From Tepidisphaera sp. (lineage in GTDB: Bacteria; Planctomycetota; Phycisphaerae; Phycisphaerales; UBA1924): 64,000 nt of DNA. Of this stretch, positions 27,737-37,498 are shown piece after piece. The notes beneath the pieces are model-generated. The model was not told where the DNA came from and did not search any database. It saw only the letters and a program-made list of their open reading frames with translations. The translations under genes and the position numbers were made by a program. The first letter of the stretch is position 1. Every line of letters begins with the position of its first letter. The stretch covers positions 2,816,001 through 2,880,000 of the forward strand of contig CP051526.1 in NCBI GenBank assembly GCA_050916045.1, in the 5' to 3' direction.

Positions 27737-30657
27737 ACGGCACCTCCCGGTGCACGAGTCGGTTCGGCCAGTTCACTCGGCATGGAAGGTTGTGGTTGCT
27801 CGACAGGTAGCGAGAACATGAACGCGACGCCACGCGGCGTGTGCGGCTCCGCCCAGATGCGACCGTCGTGAGCCCGGATGATGCCCTCGCAGATGGTGAG
27901 CCCGAGCCCCATGCCAGTGCTCGAAGGAGAGATGCCACCCGCTGCCGGGGAAGACTTTGATGCACGCCCGCGATAAAAGCGCTGGAAGACCTTGGCGGCC
28001 TCGTCGTCAGAAAGTCCCGGCCCTTCATCGGACACTTTCACGATCACCTGCGCATCGGCCGTCCACGCACTCACCGAGATCGGCGTACCGGGGGGCGTGT
28101 AGCGGAGGGCATTCTCGATCAGGTTGTGCACAACCTGCGGGAGCATGGCGTTGTCAACTCGGACCATCGGCAGGTCGGTGGGCAGATGCACACGGAAGGG
28201 ACGCGAGGCCAAGTCCTCGCGGTGGCGAGCCAAACCGACGCCGATGATCTCTTCGAGCGTGGTCCACTCGCGGTTCAGAGCGATGGTGCCCGATTCCAAT
28301 CGGGTGGCGAACACAAGGTTGGCGATGATGTCGTTGAGGCGTGAGGATTCGTCGATGATGGTGCGGAGCAGCGAAGCTCTGGTGCCTGCATCCAGTCCTT
28401 GGGAAGCCGTGCTGCCCCCCCCACCCCCGTCCGCCTCATTCGTGCCCGCCGATTGCTCAAGCGTGCTGGCGGCTCCGGTGATGCTAGCCAGCGGTGTTCG
28501 CAGGTCGTGCGATACCGAACTCAGCAGGGCGCTGCGCAGCCGCTCGCGCTCAGCTTCAAGCTTCGCGGCCTGCTGCGATTCACTCAGCGATACGCGCTCC
28601 AAAGCCGAGGCGATCTGACTCGTCAGTGCATCAATTAAGAGGAGACTCGAAGCATCGAAGACTCTGACGGGTTTGGTGCTCGCGTGATCCTCAACCGGAC
28701 GCAGCCCAAGAATCCCGAGCTTGCCGCTCGTACCGACGAGCGGCACGTACCGACCCGCCGAGGCCGGGAGTTTTTGCGTGCCCAGACCCGCGGGCTTGCC
28801 GTGGTCGAGTGCCCATTGTGCGACGCCCCGTTCGCGTCCGCCAGCATCTTCGAACCAGTCCGGCGCTCCGCCAAAGGCGAGCACATCGAGTGCCGAGGTG
28901 GACTTGCCATGTGCAGGAACGGCAACGACGACATCGACGCCGAGCAGGTCGTGGGTGTGCCTTGCGGCGACGGCGGCAACATCGCGGATGCCCTGCGCTG
29001 CCGCGAGCTCTCGCGACAGGGCGTAGAGTGCGGCGGTCTGTCGTTCGCGGTCCCGTGCGGAGCGGGCTTGTTCTCGCGTCCGCGCGGCGAGCGTTCCCAC
29101 GATCAGCCCCACCGAGAGCATGACGCCGAAGGTCAGCAGGTACGTCGGGTCGTTGACGGACAGCGAGAATCGCGGTTCGGTGAAGAAGAAGTTGAACGCG
29201 AGCACGGACAGCACGCTGGCGAACGTGGCAGGCCCCCGCCCGCACCAGATCGCACAGACAACGATGCCGCCGAGAAGGATCAGGGCCTCCTCGGAGAGGT
29301 CCGGCGGCTGATAGAACGCCAGCGCGACCAAGGACGTCGCGGCGACGATGAGAAAGGCTCCGCCGAACCTGGTGATTTGCGATCCCCAGGAGCGAGACGA
29401 CGATCCAAGTCCCCGCCCGCTGCCAGACTGCGGCTGCTCAAGCTCTCCGGCCCGTCCGCGTGCTCCACTCCCCGAGTCATCACCACGAACCACGTAGATA
29501 TCAATGTCCCCGCTCTCGCGGATCAGGTTGTCGATGAACGAGCCGAACAGCAGCTCCTTCCAGCGTGGGCGCTCGGTCTTGCCAACCACGATCTTGCCGA
29601 CGTTTCGAGACCGGGCAAAGGCGATCAACTCACGGGCCGCGTTCTGGCCGGCAAGCGTCGTCGTCGTCGCTCCGAGGCTCTCGGCAAGCCGCATGTTCTG
29701 TGTCAGCCGCTCACGGTCGCTACCGGAGAAATCAGCGGTGCGCGGCGTTTCGACGTAGACCGCGAGCAGGTCGGCATGCAAGCCAGCCGCCATGCGTTTG
29801 GCGGCCCGGATGAGCTTGCCCGACATCGGGCTGGGGCTCACAGCGACGACGATGCGCTCGCCCGCAGCCCAGACGGCACGGATGCCGCGGTCCTGCTTGT
29901 ATCGCCGGAGTTCGGAGTCCACCCACGCGGCCGTGCGTCGGAGCGCCAGTTCGCGAAGTGCGGTGAGATTGCCTTTGCGGAAGAAGCCGTCGCTTGGGTC
30001 CACCGTCCGCGCGGCGTTGTCGCCGAGGTAGACCTTGCCCGCACGGAGCCGCTCGTGGAGCACCTCGGTGGGCAGGTCGACCAGTTCGACCTCGTCGGCC
30101 TCGTCGAAGATCGAGTCCGGTACCGTCTCGCGCACCGGCACGCCGGTGATCTGCGTCACGACATCGTTGATCGATTCCAGATGCTGGACGTTGAGCGTCG
30201 TGTAGACGTTCACGCCCGCCTTGAGGCACTCCCGCACATCCTGCCAGCGCTTCTCACGCCCCCCCGCCGAGCCGGGAGCGTTGGTGTGCGCGAGTTCATC
30301 GACGAGCAGGATGTCCGGCCGGCGGAGGATCGCGGCTTCCGCATCAAACTCGTGCAGCGTGGTTCCGGAGTATTCGACCATCTTCCGAGGCAAGATGTCG
30401 AGCCCCAGCAGCATCTGCTCGGTCTCGACGCGCCCGTGGGTCTCAACGATGCCCGCAACCACATCGACGCCCTGGGCCGCCATACGCTGCGCCGCGGCGA
30501 GCATGGCGTATGTCTTTCCGACGCCGGGGGCCATGCCGAAGAAGATCTTGAGCTTGCCGCGGGCGGGTCCGTTCACGCTGTCCCCAACGCCCGCGCGTGC
30601 CTCCTCCCGCTGGATGCGGGCAAGGAGTTCGGCGGGATCGGGACGAGAGTCAGGCAT
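27733..30657 (-). CDS. kdpD: Sensor histidine kinase KdpD
   Basis: GKLKIFFGMAPGVGKTYAML, VDELAHTN, Usp domain, four TM segments, GAF, SHDLRTPL. Confidence 0.97.
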   Translation of the reverse strand: MPDSRPDPAELLARIQREEARAGVGDSVNGPARGKLKIFFGMAPGVGKTYAMLAAAQRMAAQGVDVVAGIVETHGRVETEQMLLGLDILPRKMVEYSGTTLHEFDAEAAILRRPDILLVDELAHTNAPGSAGGREKRWQDVRECLKAGVNVYTTLNVQHLESINDVVTQITGVPVRETVPDSIFDEADEVELVDLPTEVLHERLRAGKVYLGDNAARTVDPSDGFFRKGNLTALRELALRRTAAWVDSELRRYKQDRGIRAVWAAGERIVVAVSPSPMSGKLIRAAKRMAAGLHADLLAVYVETPRTADFSGSDRERLTQNMRLAESLGATTTTLAGQNAARELIAFARSRNVGKIVVGKTERPRWKELLFGSFIDNLIRESGDIDIYVVRGDDSGSGARGRAGELEQPQSGSGRGLGSSSRSWGSQITRFGGAFLIVAATSLVALAFYQPPDLSEEALILLGGIVVCAIWCGRGPATFASVLSVLAFNFFFTEPRFSLSVNDPTYLLTFGVMLSVGLIVGTLAARTREQARSARDRERQTAALYALSRELAAAQGIRDVAAVAARHTHDLLGVDVVVAVPAHGKSTSALDVLAFGGAPDWFEDAGGRERGVAQWALDHGKPAGLGTQKLPASAGRYVPLVGTSGKLGILGLRPVEDHASTKPVRVFDASSLLLIDALTSQIASALERVSLSESQQAAKLEAERERLRSALLSSVSHDLRTPLASITGAASTLEQSAGTNEADGGGGGSTASQGLDAGTRASLLRTIIDESSRLNDIIANLVFATRLESGTIALNREWTTLEEIIGVGLARHREDLASRPFRVHLPTDLPMVRVDNAMLPQVVHNLIENALRYTPPGTPISVSAWTADAQVIVKVSDEGPGLSDDEAAKVFQRFYRGRASKSSPAAGGISPSSTGMGLGLTICEGIIRAHDGRIWAEPHTPRGVAFMFSLPVEQPQPSMPSELAEPTRAPGGAV

Positions 30658-30686
30658 GAGTACATCGTAAGGGCCAGCTCGCGTAC

Positions 30687-31328
30687 TTACCGGTGCTGCT
30701 GGTTGAGGTCAAGGTTGAGTGCGAGCACGTTCACCACCGGCTCGCCCAGCACACCCAGGGTGCGGCCGGTGCTGTGCTTGGTGACGAGCGACCGCACGGC
30801 TTCCTCGCTCATGCCACGCGCCTTGGCGATGCGGGGCACCTGGTATTCAGCAGCCGCGGGTGAGATGTGCGGGTCCAAGCCACTGGCCGAGGACGTGACG
30901 AGATCAACGGGGATCGGTTGGGCGGCGGCTCGTGCGTATCCGACGGAGGAGTCCGCGGCGGCAAGGGCGTCGACTCGGGCCTTCACATTATCGATGAGCG
31001 CCGGGTTGGTCGGGGCGAGGTTGCTGCCCGATGACCCCGTGCCCTTGTCCAAGTTCAAAGCGGTGTAGGGAACCGGACCGGTGGCGCTGGTGCGGCCCCA
31101 GAACCACTTGGCGGCATCCTTTGGATCGCCAGCAGAGAAGTCCTGACCGATGAGTTCGGAGCCGATGGCCTTGCCATCCTTGCCGGTGACGATCGAGCCG
31201 TTGGCCTTGTCGGCGAACACGACCTGGGCGATGCCGGTGATCACGAGCGGATAGACCATGCCGGTGATGAGCGAGAGGATGGCGAAGAGGACGAGGGCGG
31301 GGCGGAGGATGGGGGGGTGGGTGAGCAT
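30687..31328 (-). CDS. kdpC: K+-transporting ATPase subunit C
   Basis: [46 protein letters not shown]. Confidence 0.97.
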   Translation of the reverse strand: MLTHPPILRPALVLFAILSLITGMVYPLVITGIAQVVFADKANGSIVTGKDGKAIGSELIGQDFSAGDPKDAAKWFWGRTSATGPVPYTALNLDKGTGSSGSNLAPTNPALIDNVKARVDALAAADSSVGYARAAAQPIPVDLVTSSASGLDPHISPAAAEYQVPRIAKARGMSEEAVRSLVTKHSTGRTLGVLGEPVVNVLALNLDLNQQHR

Positions 31329-31331
31329 GGG

Positions 31332-33581
31332 TTAGTTCCAGACGGGCAGGAGGTTGACGAGCATGTCAATAGCCTTGATGCCGATGAACGGCACGATGAG
31401 CCCGCCAACGCCGTAGACGAGCAGGTTGTGCAGCAGCAGCTTGCTCGCCTCGACCGGGCGATACTTCACGCCTCGGAGGGCGAGCGGGATGAGCACGACA
31501 ATGACCAGCGCGTTGAAGATGACGCTGGAGAGGATCGCGGTCGCGGGGTTGAGCCGCATGATGTTGAGCGCGTCGAGCGCGGGGTAGGTGCTGGCGAATG
31601 CGGCCGGGATGATGGCGAAGTACTTGGCCACGTCGTTGGCGATGCTGAAGGTCGTCAGCGAGCCGCGGGTCATCAGGAGCTGCTTGCCGATCTGCACGAT
31701 CTCGATGAGCTTCGTGGGGTTCGAGTCGAGGTCCACCATGTTGCCCGCTTCTTTCGCGGCCTGCGTGCCCGAGTTCATCGCGACGGCCACGTCGGCCTGT
31801 GCGAGCGCGGGAGCGTCGTTGGTGCCGTCGCCGGTCATGGCGACGAGGCGGCCGCCCTGCTGATACTCGCGGATGAGCTTGAGCTTCGCCTCGGGCGTGG
31901 CCTGAGCGAGGAAGTCGTCGACGCCGGCTTCCGCGGCGATCGCGGCGGCGGTCACAGGGTTGTCGCCGGTGATCATGACGGTCTTGATGCCCATGCGGCG
32001 CATCTCGGCGAAGCGCTCGGCAATCCCGCCCTTGACGATGTCCTTGAGCTCGATCACACCGAGCGTGCGACCCTTGCCGTCGGCGACGACGAGCGGCGTG
32101 CTGCCACGCTTGGCGACTTCGTTCACAATCTCGCGGGCCTTGACGCTTGGCGTGCCGCCCATGCGAGAGACGTACGCGTCAACCGCGTCGGCGGAACCCT
32201 TGCGGATCTGGCGGCCTTGCGGGAACTTCGTGGAGACCGGCAGATCGACGCCGCTCATGCGCGTGTTGGCGGTGAAGGGGACGAACGTCGCGGGTTTGTC
32301 CCCCCCACCAAACTCGAACCCCAGGGCTTGCATGTCGCGCTCGCGGATGTTGTACTTCTGCTTCGCGAGCACGACGATCGAGCGGCCCTCGGGCGTTTCG
32401 TCAGCGAGCGACGAGAGCTGGGCCGCGTCGGCGAGCTCTTCGGGCTTTACGCCATCGACGGCGAAGAACTGCGAAGCCATGCGGTTTCCGAAGGTGATCG
32501 TGCCGGTCTTGTCCAGTAGCAACACGTCCACGTCGCCCGCGGCTTCGACAGCGCGGCCGCTGGTGGCGATGACGTTGGCCTGCACGAGGCGGTCCATGCC
32601 CGCGATGCGGATGGCCGACAGCAGCCCGCCGATAGTGGTCGGGATGAGGCAGACCAGCAGCGCGACGAGAACCGTGACGGTGATGGGCGCGGCCGTGCTC
32701 GCCGCATCGCCAGCCTTGGCCTGAGCCACCGCGTAAATCGAGTAAGGGAGCAGCGTCACGCACGCCAGCAGGAAGATGATGGTGAGCTTGGCCAGTAGGA
32801 TGTCCAGCGCGATCTCGTTGGGCGTCTTCTGCCGCTTGGCTCCCTCGACCATCGCGATCATTCGGTCGAGGAAGCTCTCGCCAGGATTGGAGCCGATGCG
32901 GACGATGATCCAGTCGCTCAGCACCTGCGTGCCGCCGGTGACGCTGGAGCGATCGCCCCCCGCCTCGCGGATGACCGGCGCGGACTCGCCGGTGACGGCG
33001 GACTCATTCACCGACGCGATGCCCTCGATGACCTCGCCGTCGCCCGGAATCGGCCCACCCAACTCGCCCGCCTCGACCAGCACGACATCGCCCTTGCGGA
33101 GCATCGCGCCCGACACCATCGCGGTCTTGAGTGCCTTGATATCCGTTGCCTTTTGCCTTCCACCAGTGCCTGATGCCCAGTCCCCAGTGCCTTCCACCTT
33201 CTTCGCCTGCACATCCCGGTTGCTCTTGCGCAGCGACGCGGCCTGCGCCTTGCCCCGTCCCTCGGCCATCGCCTCGGCGAAGTTGGCGAACAGCACCGTG
33301 AACCACAGCCACAGCGCGATGACGAGCACCAGCGTCGGCGAATAGGCCCCCCCCACACCCGCGACGGTGCCGCCGTGTGGGTGGGGGGGGTGGGGGGCGT
33401 CTTCGCCGTGTCCGGCATACCCCGCGATCGCCAGCAGCGTTATCAAAACGCTGACGACCCAGACGACGAACATCACCGGGTTGCGCAGCTGTACGCGCGG
33501 GTCGAGCTTGGCGAATGCCGAGCCGATCGCGGGCTTGACAATGGCGGGATCAAAGATGGACCTTGAGTTTGAGCGGGACAT
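31332..33581 (-). CDS. kdpB: K+-transporting P-type ATPase subunit B
   Basis: [40 protein letters not shown]. Confidence 0.98.
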   Translation of the reverse strand: MSRSNSRSIFDPAIVKPAIGSAFAKLDPRVQLRNPVMFVVWVVSVLITLLAIAGYAGHGEDAPHPPHPHGGTVAGVGGAYSPTLVLVIALWLWFTVLFANFAEAMAEGRGKAQAASLRKSNRDVQAKKVEGTGDWASGTGGRQKATDIKALKTAMVSGAMLRKGDVVLVEAGELGGPIPGDGEVIEGIASVNESAVTGESAPVIREAGGDRSSVTGGTQVLSDWIIVRIGSNPGESFLDRMIAMVEGAKRQKTPNEIALDILLAKLTIIFLLACVTLLPYSIYAVAQAKAGDAASTAAPITVTVLVALLVCLIPTTIGGLLSAIRIAGMDRLVQANVIATSGRAVEAAGDVDVLLLDKTGTITFGNRMASQFFAVDGVKPEELADAAQLSSLADETPEGRSIVVLAKQKYNIRERDMQALGFEFGGGDKPATFVPFTANTRMSGVDLPVSTKFPQGRQIRKGSADAVDAYVSRMGGTPSVKAREIVNEVAKRGSTPLVVADGKGRTLGVIELKDIVKGGIAERFAEMRRMGIKTVMITGDNPVTAAAIAAEAGVDDFLAQATPEAKLKLIREYQQGGRLVAMTGDGTNDAPALAQADVAVAMNSGTQAAKEAGNMVDLDSNPTKLIEIVQIGKQLLMTRGSLTTFSIANDVAKYFAIIPAAFASTYPALDALNIMRLNPATAILSSVIFNALVIVVLIPLALRGVKYRPVEASKLLLHNLLVYGVGGLIVPFIGIKAIDMLVNLLPVWN

Positions 33582-33617
33582 AGTGTGCCTTCGCAGTTCG
33601 ATTCAGTTGCGGGCGAG

Positions 33618-35504
33618 CTACTTGCTGACCAGTTGGAGATGCTCAACGATCGGGCCAAGAGCGAGCGCGGGAACGAAGGTGAGCGCGCCGACCACGATCA
33701 CCACCGCGACGAGCATCAGCACGAAGACCGGCGTGTGCGTGGGGAGTGTGCCGCTGGTGGTGGGCGTGATCTTCTTGGCCGCGAGCGAACCCGCCACCGC
33801 CAGCACCGGCACGATGATCCAGAAGCGGCTGAACCACATCGCCAGGCCGAGTGCCAGGTTGTAGAAGGGCGTGTTGGCGCTCAGCCCCGCGAACGCCGAG
33901 CCGTTGTTGTTGCCGGCGCTGCTGAACGCATACAGGATCTGGCTGAAGCCGTGCGGGCCAGGGTTGCTCGTGCTGCTGGTGCCTTGCGGCAGGATCACCG
34001 CGACGGCGGTGCCAACCAGCACCAGCGCGCACGGCACCAACACCACGATCGACGCCATCTTCATCTCGAAGGGTTCGATCTTCTTGCCCAGGTACTCCGG
34101 CGTGCGCCCGACCATCAGCCCCGCGACGAAGACCGCGACGATGACGAACATGAGCATGCCGTAGAGGCCCGAGCCCACGCCGCCGAAGACAACCTCGCCG
34201 AGCTGCATGAGCCACATGGGGGTCAGGCCGCCAAGTGGGGTGAAGGAGTCGTGCATGGAGTTCACACTGCCGTTGCTGGCGGCGGTGGTCGCGGCAGCCC
34301 AGAGCGCGGAGTTGGCGATGCCGAAGCGGGATTCTTTCCCTTCCATGTTGCCGCCGGGGGCGAGCGGGGACGCGGACTGTTCAACGATTGCCGCCGCGGC
34401 GGCGATCTTCGGATTGCCCTGTGCTTCAAACCAATACGTGGCCCCAAGTAACGGTACGAAGATCACGAGCATCGCCGCGAGCACGGCCCAGCCTTGGCGG
34501 CGATCGCGGACCATCTCGCCGAAGGTGAAGCACAAGGCGGCCGGAATCAGCAGGATTGCGAGCACCTGCAGGAAGTTGGACAGCGGTGTCGGGTTTTCGA
34601 GCGGGTGTGCGGAATTTACGTTGAAGAAGCCGCCGCCGTTGGTCCCGAGCTGCTTGATGGCGATCTGCGACGCTGCCGGCCCGAGCGGAATGGTCTGCGT
34701 CGTGATCGCCACGGCGCGCGTCTGGTCAGTACCGTCCGCGTTCTTCAATGCTCCACCCGCGTCGTTCTTCACCGGCTCGCTATACGACAGCGGCACCGTC
34801 AACGCAACCTCCTGCGGCTTGTTGAACGTCTGCACCACTCCCTGCGAAACCAACGCGACTGCAAGAATTGCCGACAGCGGCAGCAGTACGTAGAGCGTCG
34901 CCCGAGTCAGATCCACCCAGCAGTTGCCGATGGTGCTTGCGCTTTTCCGCGAGAGGCCGCGGGTCAGCGCCACGAGCACCGCGATGCCCGTCGCCGCGCT
35001 CAGGAAGTTCTGCACGCCCAGCCCGAGCATCTGCGTGAGGTACGACATCGTGACCTCGCCGCCATAGCCCTGCCAGTTGGTATTGGTGACGAACGACACA
35101 GCCGTGTTGAACGCCGAGCCGCCTTCAACAGGTCCAAGTCCCGCGGGATTGGCGGGGAGCAGGTGCTGGAGGCGCTGGAGGCCATAGACCGCGACGAGCC
35201 CCAGGACGTTGAAGAGCAGGATGCCGACCGCGTAGGGCTTCCAGCCCATCTCGGCATTTGCAGGATTGGAACCGATGGCGTTGACGCGCACGCCGCACAG
35301 TCGGTAGATCAGCCCTTCGAGCCAGCCGAGCGCTGTGCCGAAGCCGAGCGGAGCAGTGCCGGGGGCCCCATCAAACACACGGGCCATGAACCAGCCAAGT
35401 GGCTTGACGAGCGCGACCAGAACGACGAGGTACAGCATGAGCTGGAGAACGCCGTTGCCGGTGATCGCAGCGAGGGTGAGAGGGGTGAGCGTGTGGGGGA
35501 TCAT
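33618..35504 (-). CDS. kdpA: K+-transporting ATPase subunit A
   Basis: FVTNTNWQ, KQLGTNGGG, ASNGSVN, NNGSAFAG; ATG 35504 overlaps the kdpF stop. Confidence 0.98.
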   Translation of the reverse strand: MIPHTLTPLTLAAITGNGVLQLMLYLVVLVALVKPLGWFMARVFDGAPGTAPLGFGTALGWLEGLIYRLCGVRVNAIGSNPANAEMGWKPYAVGILLFNVLGLVAVYGLQRLQHLLPANPAGLGPVEGGSAFNTAVSFVTNTNWQGYGGEVTMSYLTQMLGLGVQNFLSAATGIAVLVALTRGLSRKSASTIGNCWVDLTRATLYVLLPLSAILAVALVSQGVVQTFNKPQEVALTVPLSYSEPVKNDAGGALKNADGTDQTRAVAITTQTIPLGPAASQIAIKQLGTNGGGFFNVNSAHPLENPTPLSNFLQVLAILLIPAALCFTFGEMVRDRRQGWAVLAAMLVIFVPLLGATYWFEAQGNPKIAAAAAIVEQSASPLAPGGNMEGKESRFGIANSALWAAATTAASNGSVNSMHDSFTPLGGLTPMWLMQLGEVVFGGVGSGLYGMLMFVIVAVFVAGLMVGRTPEYLGKKIEPFEMKMASIVVLVPCALVLVGTAVAVILPQGTSSTSNPGPHGFSQILYAFSSAGNNNGSAFAGLSANTPFYNLALGLAMWFSRFWIIVPVLAVAGSLAAKKITPTTSGTLPTHTPVFVLMLVAVVIVVGALTFVPALALGPIVEHLQLVSK

Positions 35505-35593
35505 TGAAACCACTCCGGCTTGAGCAACGCGGCGAGCAAGTACAGCAACAGGGCTACGGCGATGACCGCGGCGATGGCGTAAATCACGGTCAT
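35501..35593 (-). CDS. kdpF: KdpF small subunit (30 aa)
   Basis: Hand translation MTVIYAIAAVIAVALLLYLLAALLKPEWFQ; AAGGAGG RBS; ATGA-coupled to kdpA. Confidence 0.9.
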   Translation of the reverse strand: MTVIYAIAAVIAVALLLYLLAALLKPEWFQ

Positions 35594-35754
35594 TGGCGTG
35601 CCTCCTTTGTCAAAGCACTCGATCCCGAGTTGCCCGTGGCCCGCTCGCCACGAGGTGCGGGCACGTGAGGCCGAAGCCATTCGCAGACGCGAACGAGCCC
35701 GAGCGTGGCGATGAGGCAGGCGAAGAACAGTCCGACGGCGGTGAGGTCATTCAT
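35590..35754 (-). CDS. Small membrane peptide upstream of kdpF (54 aa)
   Basis: MNDLTAVGLFFACLIATLGLVRVCEWLRP...KEARQ; ATGA-coupled to kdpF. Confidence 0.65.
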   Translation of the reverse strand: MNDLTAVGLFFACLIATLGLVRVCEWLRPHVPAPRGERATGNSGSSALTKEARQ

Positions 35755-35812
35755 GGTGGCCTTCCAATCGATACGAGTATCGCCGCAGTGTGACCTGGTG
35801 TCGCTCAGGAGG

Positions 35813-35932
35813 GCATAAGCGCGGGAGTCCTGCGCATAAAGGCAGCATAAAGACGTGATCTCAAACCCGAATCCCGACAGGGCGTTTATGCCGGGCTTGC
35901 GCGATGGTGACCCGTCTTGATGCCACGTTGAT
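35813..35932. promoter_or_regulatory. Putative KdpE boxes in the divergent kdp/porin promoter
   Basis: GCATAAAG repeated with 11-bp period (35834, 35845), partial copy at 35813, opposite-orientation TTTATGC at 35885, and TTGAT repeated with 11-bp period (35917, 35928). Confidence 0.6.
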
Positions 35933-36012
35933 CGACGAAGCCCATGTGGCGGCCGAGACTTGATTCAGTCGCGTGTATCTCGCATGCCGCTCGGATCCCA
36001 CGGAGCTTCACC

Positions 36013-37172
36013 ATGAACCACACGATCGCCACCATTCTCTCGACCACGCTCGTCAGCACTGGCGTTCTGGCCGAGCTCAACCTGATCCGCATCTTCGTGA
36101 ACGACTGGCGCGAGGACCAACGCGACGAAGCACGGAGGCGGCTTCGCCCGGCAGCGATTGGTCAATCGAAGAGTCCGGCGTTCGGCTTCGCCAGTTCCCA
36201 TCGTGGCACCGTCGCCGCCACGCTCTTGTGCGGAGTGCTGCCTTCGATCGTCCTCGCACAGGCGCCTGCGACACCGCAACCCAGACCCCTTCATCCCTGT
36301 CGCCCGTAGCAAGCGAGCCGTCAAGTCAGGCGGCGTTCCCGGCAACCAGCGAACAGCCCTCGGCTGAGCAGGAGGTGCCACCCGCCATTAACTCCGCGAT
36401 CAGCGTCCAGCTCAACCTCGACTTCACGAACGCGTACTTCTACCGCGGCATCCGTCAGCAGGACAAGGGTCTGATCGTGCAGCCCGCCGCACGGCTCACG
36501 ACGCGCCTCGTGGATGATGCTGACCTCAAGCTGGACGGGTTTATCGGCACGTGGAACAGCTTCGGCCCCAACGGCGGGACTCAGACGGGCGCGCTCGTGG
36601 AGGATTGGTATGAGTCTGACTTGTATGCTGGCTTCACGCTCACGCACGGCAAGCTCTCCCTCACCACCTCGTACACGTTTCTGACCAGCCCGAGCGACGC
36701 CTTTCAGACCGTGCAGGAGCTCGGCTTCACACTCTCGCTCGACGACTCGGAGTGGATGAAGGCCCACTCGTTAGGAGGTTTCTCGCTCAAGCCGTACGCC
36801 ACCCTCGCCATCGAGACGGGAAGCAATGGCTCTGACGGACCCGACCTGGACAACGGCACCTACCTTGAGCTCGGCATCGCGCCCGGCTTTCCGTTCGACG
36901 TGGGAAAGACGTCAGTGACGCTCACATTCCCCGCGTCTGTGGGCCTCAGCCTGTCCGACTACTACCAGGACGCCGGCGAGAGCGACGACACCTTCGGCTT
37001 CGTGCAGGTCGGCGCGAAAGCGTCGATCCCCCTCGCCGAGCCGGGCCGCTTCGGTGCATGGACCCTCAACGCGGGCGTATCGGTGCTCTACCTCGGCGAC
37101 CACACCAAGGCCTTCAACAACGGAGACGACGCCGAAGTCATCGGCACGGTCGGGCTCCAGTGGAACTTCTGA
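36013..37172 (+). pseudogene. TorF-like outer-membrane beta-barrel/porin with an apparent frameshift near 36270-36300
   Basis: Barrel DFTNAYFYRGIRQ..VQP..ESDLYAG..GLQWNF (terminal Phe). The RBS, ATG and signal-like segment ending IVLA-QAP lie in a different frame. Confidence 0.7.
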
Positions 37173-37267
37173 CGATCTGCGGCCCCCTGAGGACCCGTCG
37201 TCGCGCGTAAACCAGCCCTTCACACTGAATTCCCCGCGTTGACCGTTGAGAATCGGTTTGCGGGTGT

Positions 37268-37312
37268 TGTGGATAGGGAGCTTCGAAAGGCCAGGGTCGA
37301 AAGACCCGGGCC
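37268..37312 (+). repeat. Second copy of TGTGGATAGGGAGCTTC followed by a GAAA-tetraloop hairpin
   Basis: Exact 17-mer match to 18647-18663; GGCC-A-GGGTC-GAAA-GACCC-G-GGCC at 37289-37312. Confidence 0.6.
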
Positions 37313-37498
37313 CATTCGTTGACACGAGCAGTCGTACGGCACAAGGCGTTCCGATTCGCGGCCGGCGCGCGGGGACGCGTGCGGCCCCGACGGTCATCCA
37401 CTCCCGACCGGGCGGCCCGCGATCTTCGGCAAGTCGATCCGCAGGTCTGCCGCGTGGCTCACTTGGGCTCGTTCAAACCCGCCGGTCGATCGCAATCG

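Noticed and set aside
32600..32615. Kdp[10 protein letters not shown] where Gly is expected (CGC vs GGC)
   Set aside because: A single-base difference that cannot be distinguished from a sequencing error or neutral variant.
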